Shown: piece after piece, positions 63,721 to 64,000 of the stretch | How positions within the stretch are numbered: the first letter of the stretch is position 1 | Layout of the letters: each line of letters opens with the position of its first letter | From: Mobula hypostoma | Lineage: Eukaryota | Reading direction: 5' to 3' | DNA length: 64,000 nucleotides | NCBI RefSeq assembly: GCF_963921235.1 | Contig: NC_086097.1 | Location: 66,094,001 to 66,158,000 of the forward strand | The notes under the pieces: generated by a model | Seen by the model: the letters and a program-made list of their open reading frames with translations, nothing else | What the model was told of the DNA's origin: nothing | The model's database searches: none | Position numbers and translations under genes: made by a program

Positions 63721-64000
63721 TGCGAGGCTCTCGGCTGGAGACTAGAGGCTAGGCGAGGCTGGAGGCTGGTGACTAGAGGCGAGGTGAGGCTGTAGGCTGG
63801 AGACTAGAGGGGAGGCGAGGCTGGAGGCTGGTGACTATGGGCGAAGCGAGGTTGGAGGCTGGAAACTAGAGGCGGGGCGAGGCTGGAGACTAGAGGCGGC
63901 GCTGGAGACTGGAGACGCGAGGCGAGGCTGGAGACGCGAGGCAAGGCGAGAGTGGAGGCTGGAGACTAGTGGCGAGGCGAGGCTGGAGACTAGTGGCAAG

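Larger units (their letters stand above)
1..64000 (+). repeat. G-rich tandem satellite array, 19-bp base monomer AGGCTGGAGACT(A/G)G(G/A)GGCG with 5-/7-bp sub-unit insertions; runs off both window ends
   Basis: GGCTGGAGAC-type monomers recur every ~19-36 bp on every line of the window, always in the same orientation; no non-repeat interval was seen. Confidence 0.98.
56981..64000 (+). repeat. Satellite sub-domain II: related sub-family with different diagnostic variants
   Basis: TGAACAGG (last at ~56864) and GGCAATG (last at ~56703) landmarks disappear. GAGACGCGAG, CTGGTGACT, GAGAGTGG, GAGTCGCGAGACG and GAGTCGAGG become the recurring variants. Confidence 0.88.

Noticed and set aside
1..64000. 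CRISPR-like array (short repeats with variable intervening sequence)
   Set aside because: The intervening sequences are themselves repeat sub-units rather than unique spacers, and there is no leader or cas gene.
1..64000. Immunoglobulin class-switch region (G-rich repeats, many GGCT = RGYW motifs)
   Set aside because: The palindromic AGCT hotspot typical of S regions is rare here, the array exceeds 64 kb, and no Ig exons are visible.
1..64000. Transposon, LTR or viral repeat
   Set aside because: No terminal inverted repeats, target-site duplications, poly(A) tails or enzyme-coding ORFs. The direct repeats are satellite duplications.
1..64000. Assignment as centromere, rDNA spacer or germline-eliminated DNA
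   Set aside because: Each is conceivable for a large GC-rich array, but no flanking or diagnostic sequence in the window supports any of them.

Overview
The whole 64-kb window is one uninterrupted, single-orientation, G-rich and CpG-rich tandem satellite array. I see no unique sequence, credible gene, RNA gene, transposon or CRISPR array. The base monomer is 19 bp (AGGCTGG-AGACTAG-GGGCG: 10 G, 4 A, 3 C, 2 T). It parses into 7-mer and 5-mer sub-units, and extra 7-mers and 5-mers give 24/26/31/36-bp variants. From 1 to ~57 kb the monomers form a cycle of landmark modules averaging ~1.5 kb. That cycle has been amplified by nested duplications with offsets of about 0.3, 1.1, 1.35, 1.6, 1.7, 2.0, 3.3, 4.1, 6.8 and 11.1 kb. 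At ~57 kb the array switches to a related sub-family with different diagnostic variants and a ~2.1-2.2 kb higher-order repeat. All listed ORFs look like translation artefacts of the repeat. Frequent CG>TG/CA variants suggest a CpG-methylating eukaryote (inference), but I cannot identify the organism or a named satellite family. I found no evidence of a novel protein-coding system. The interesting signal is the repeat architecture and its rearrangement record. All alignments were done by eye, aided by ORF-track offsets, so boundaries are approximate.
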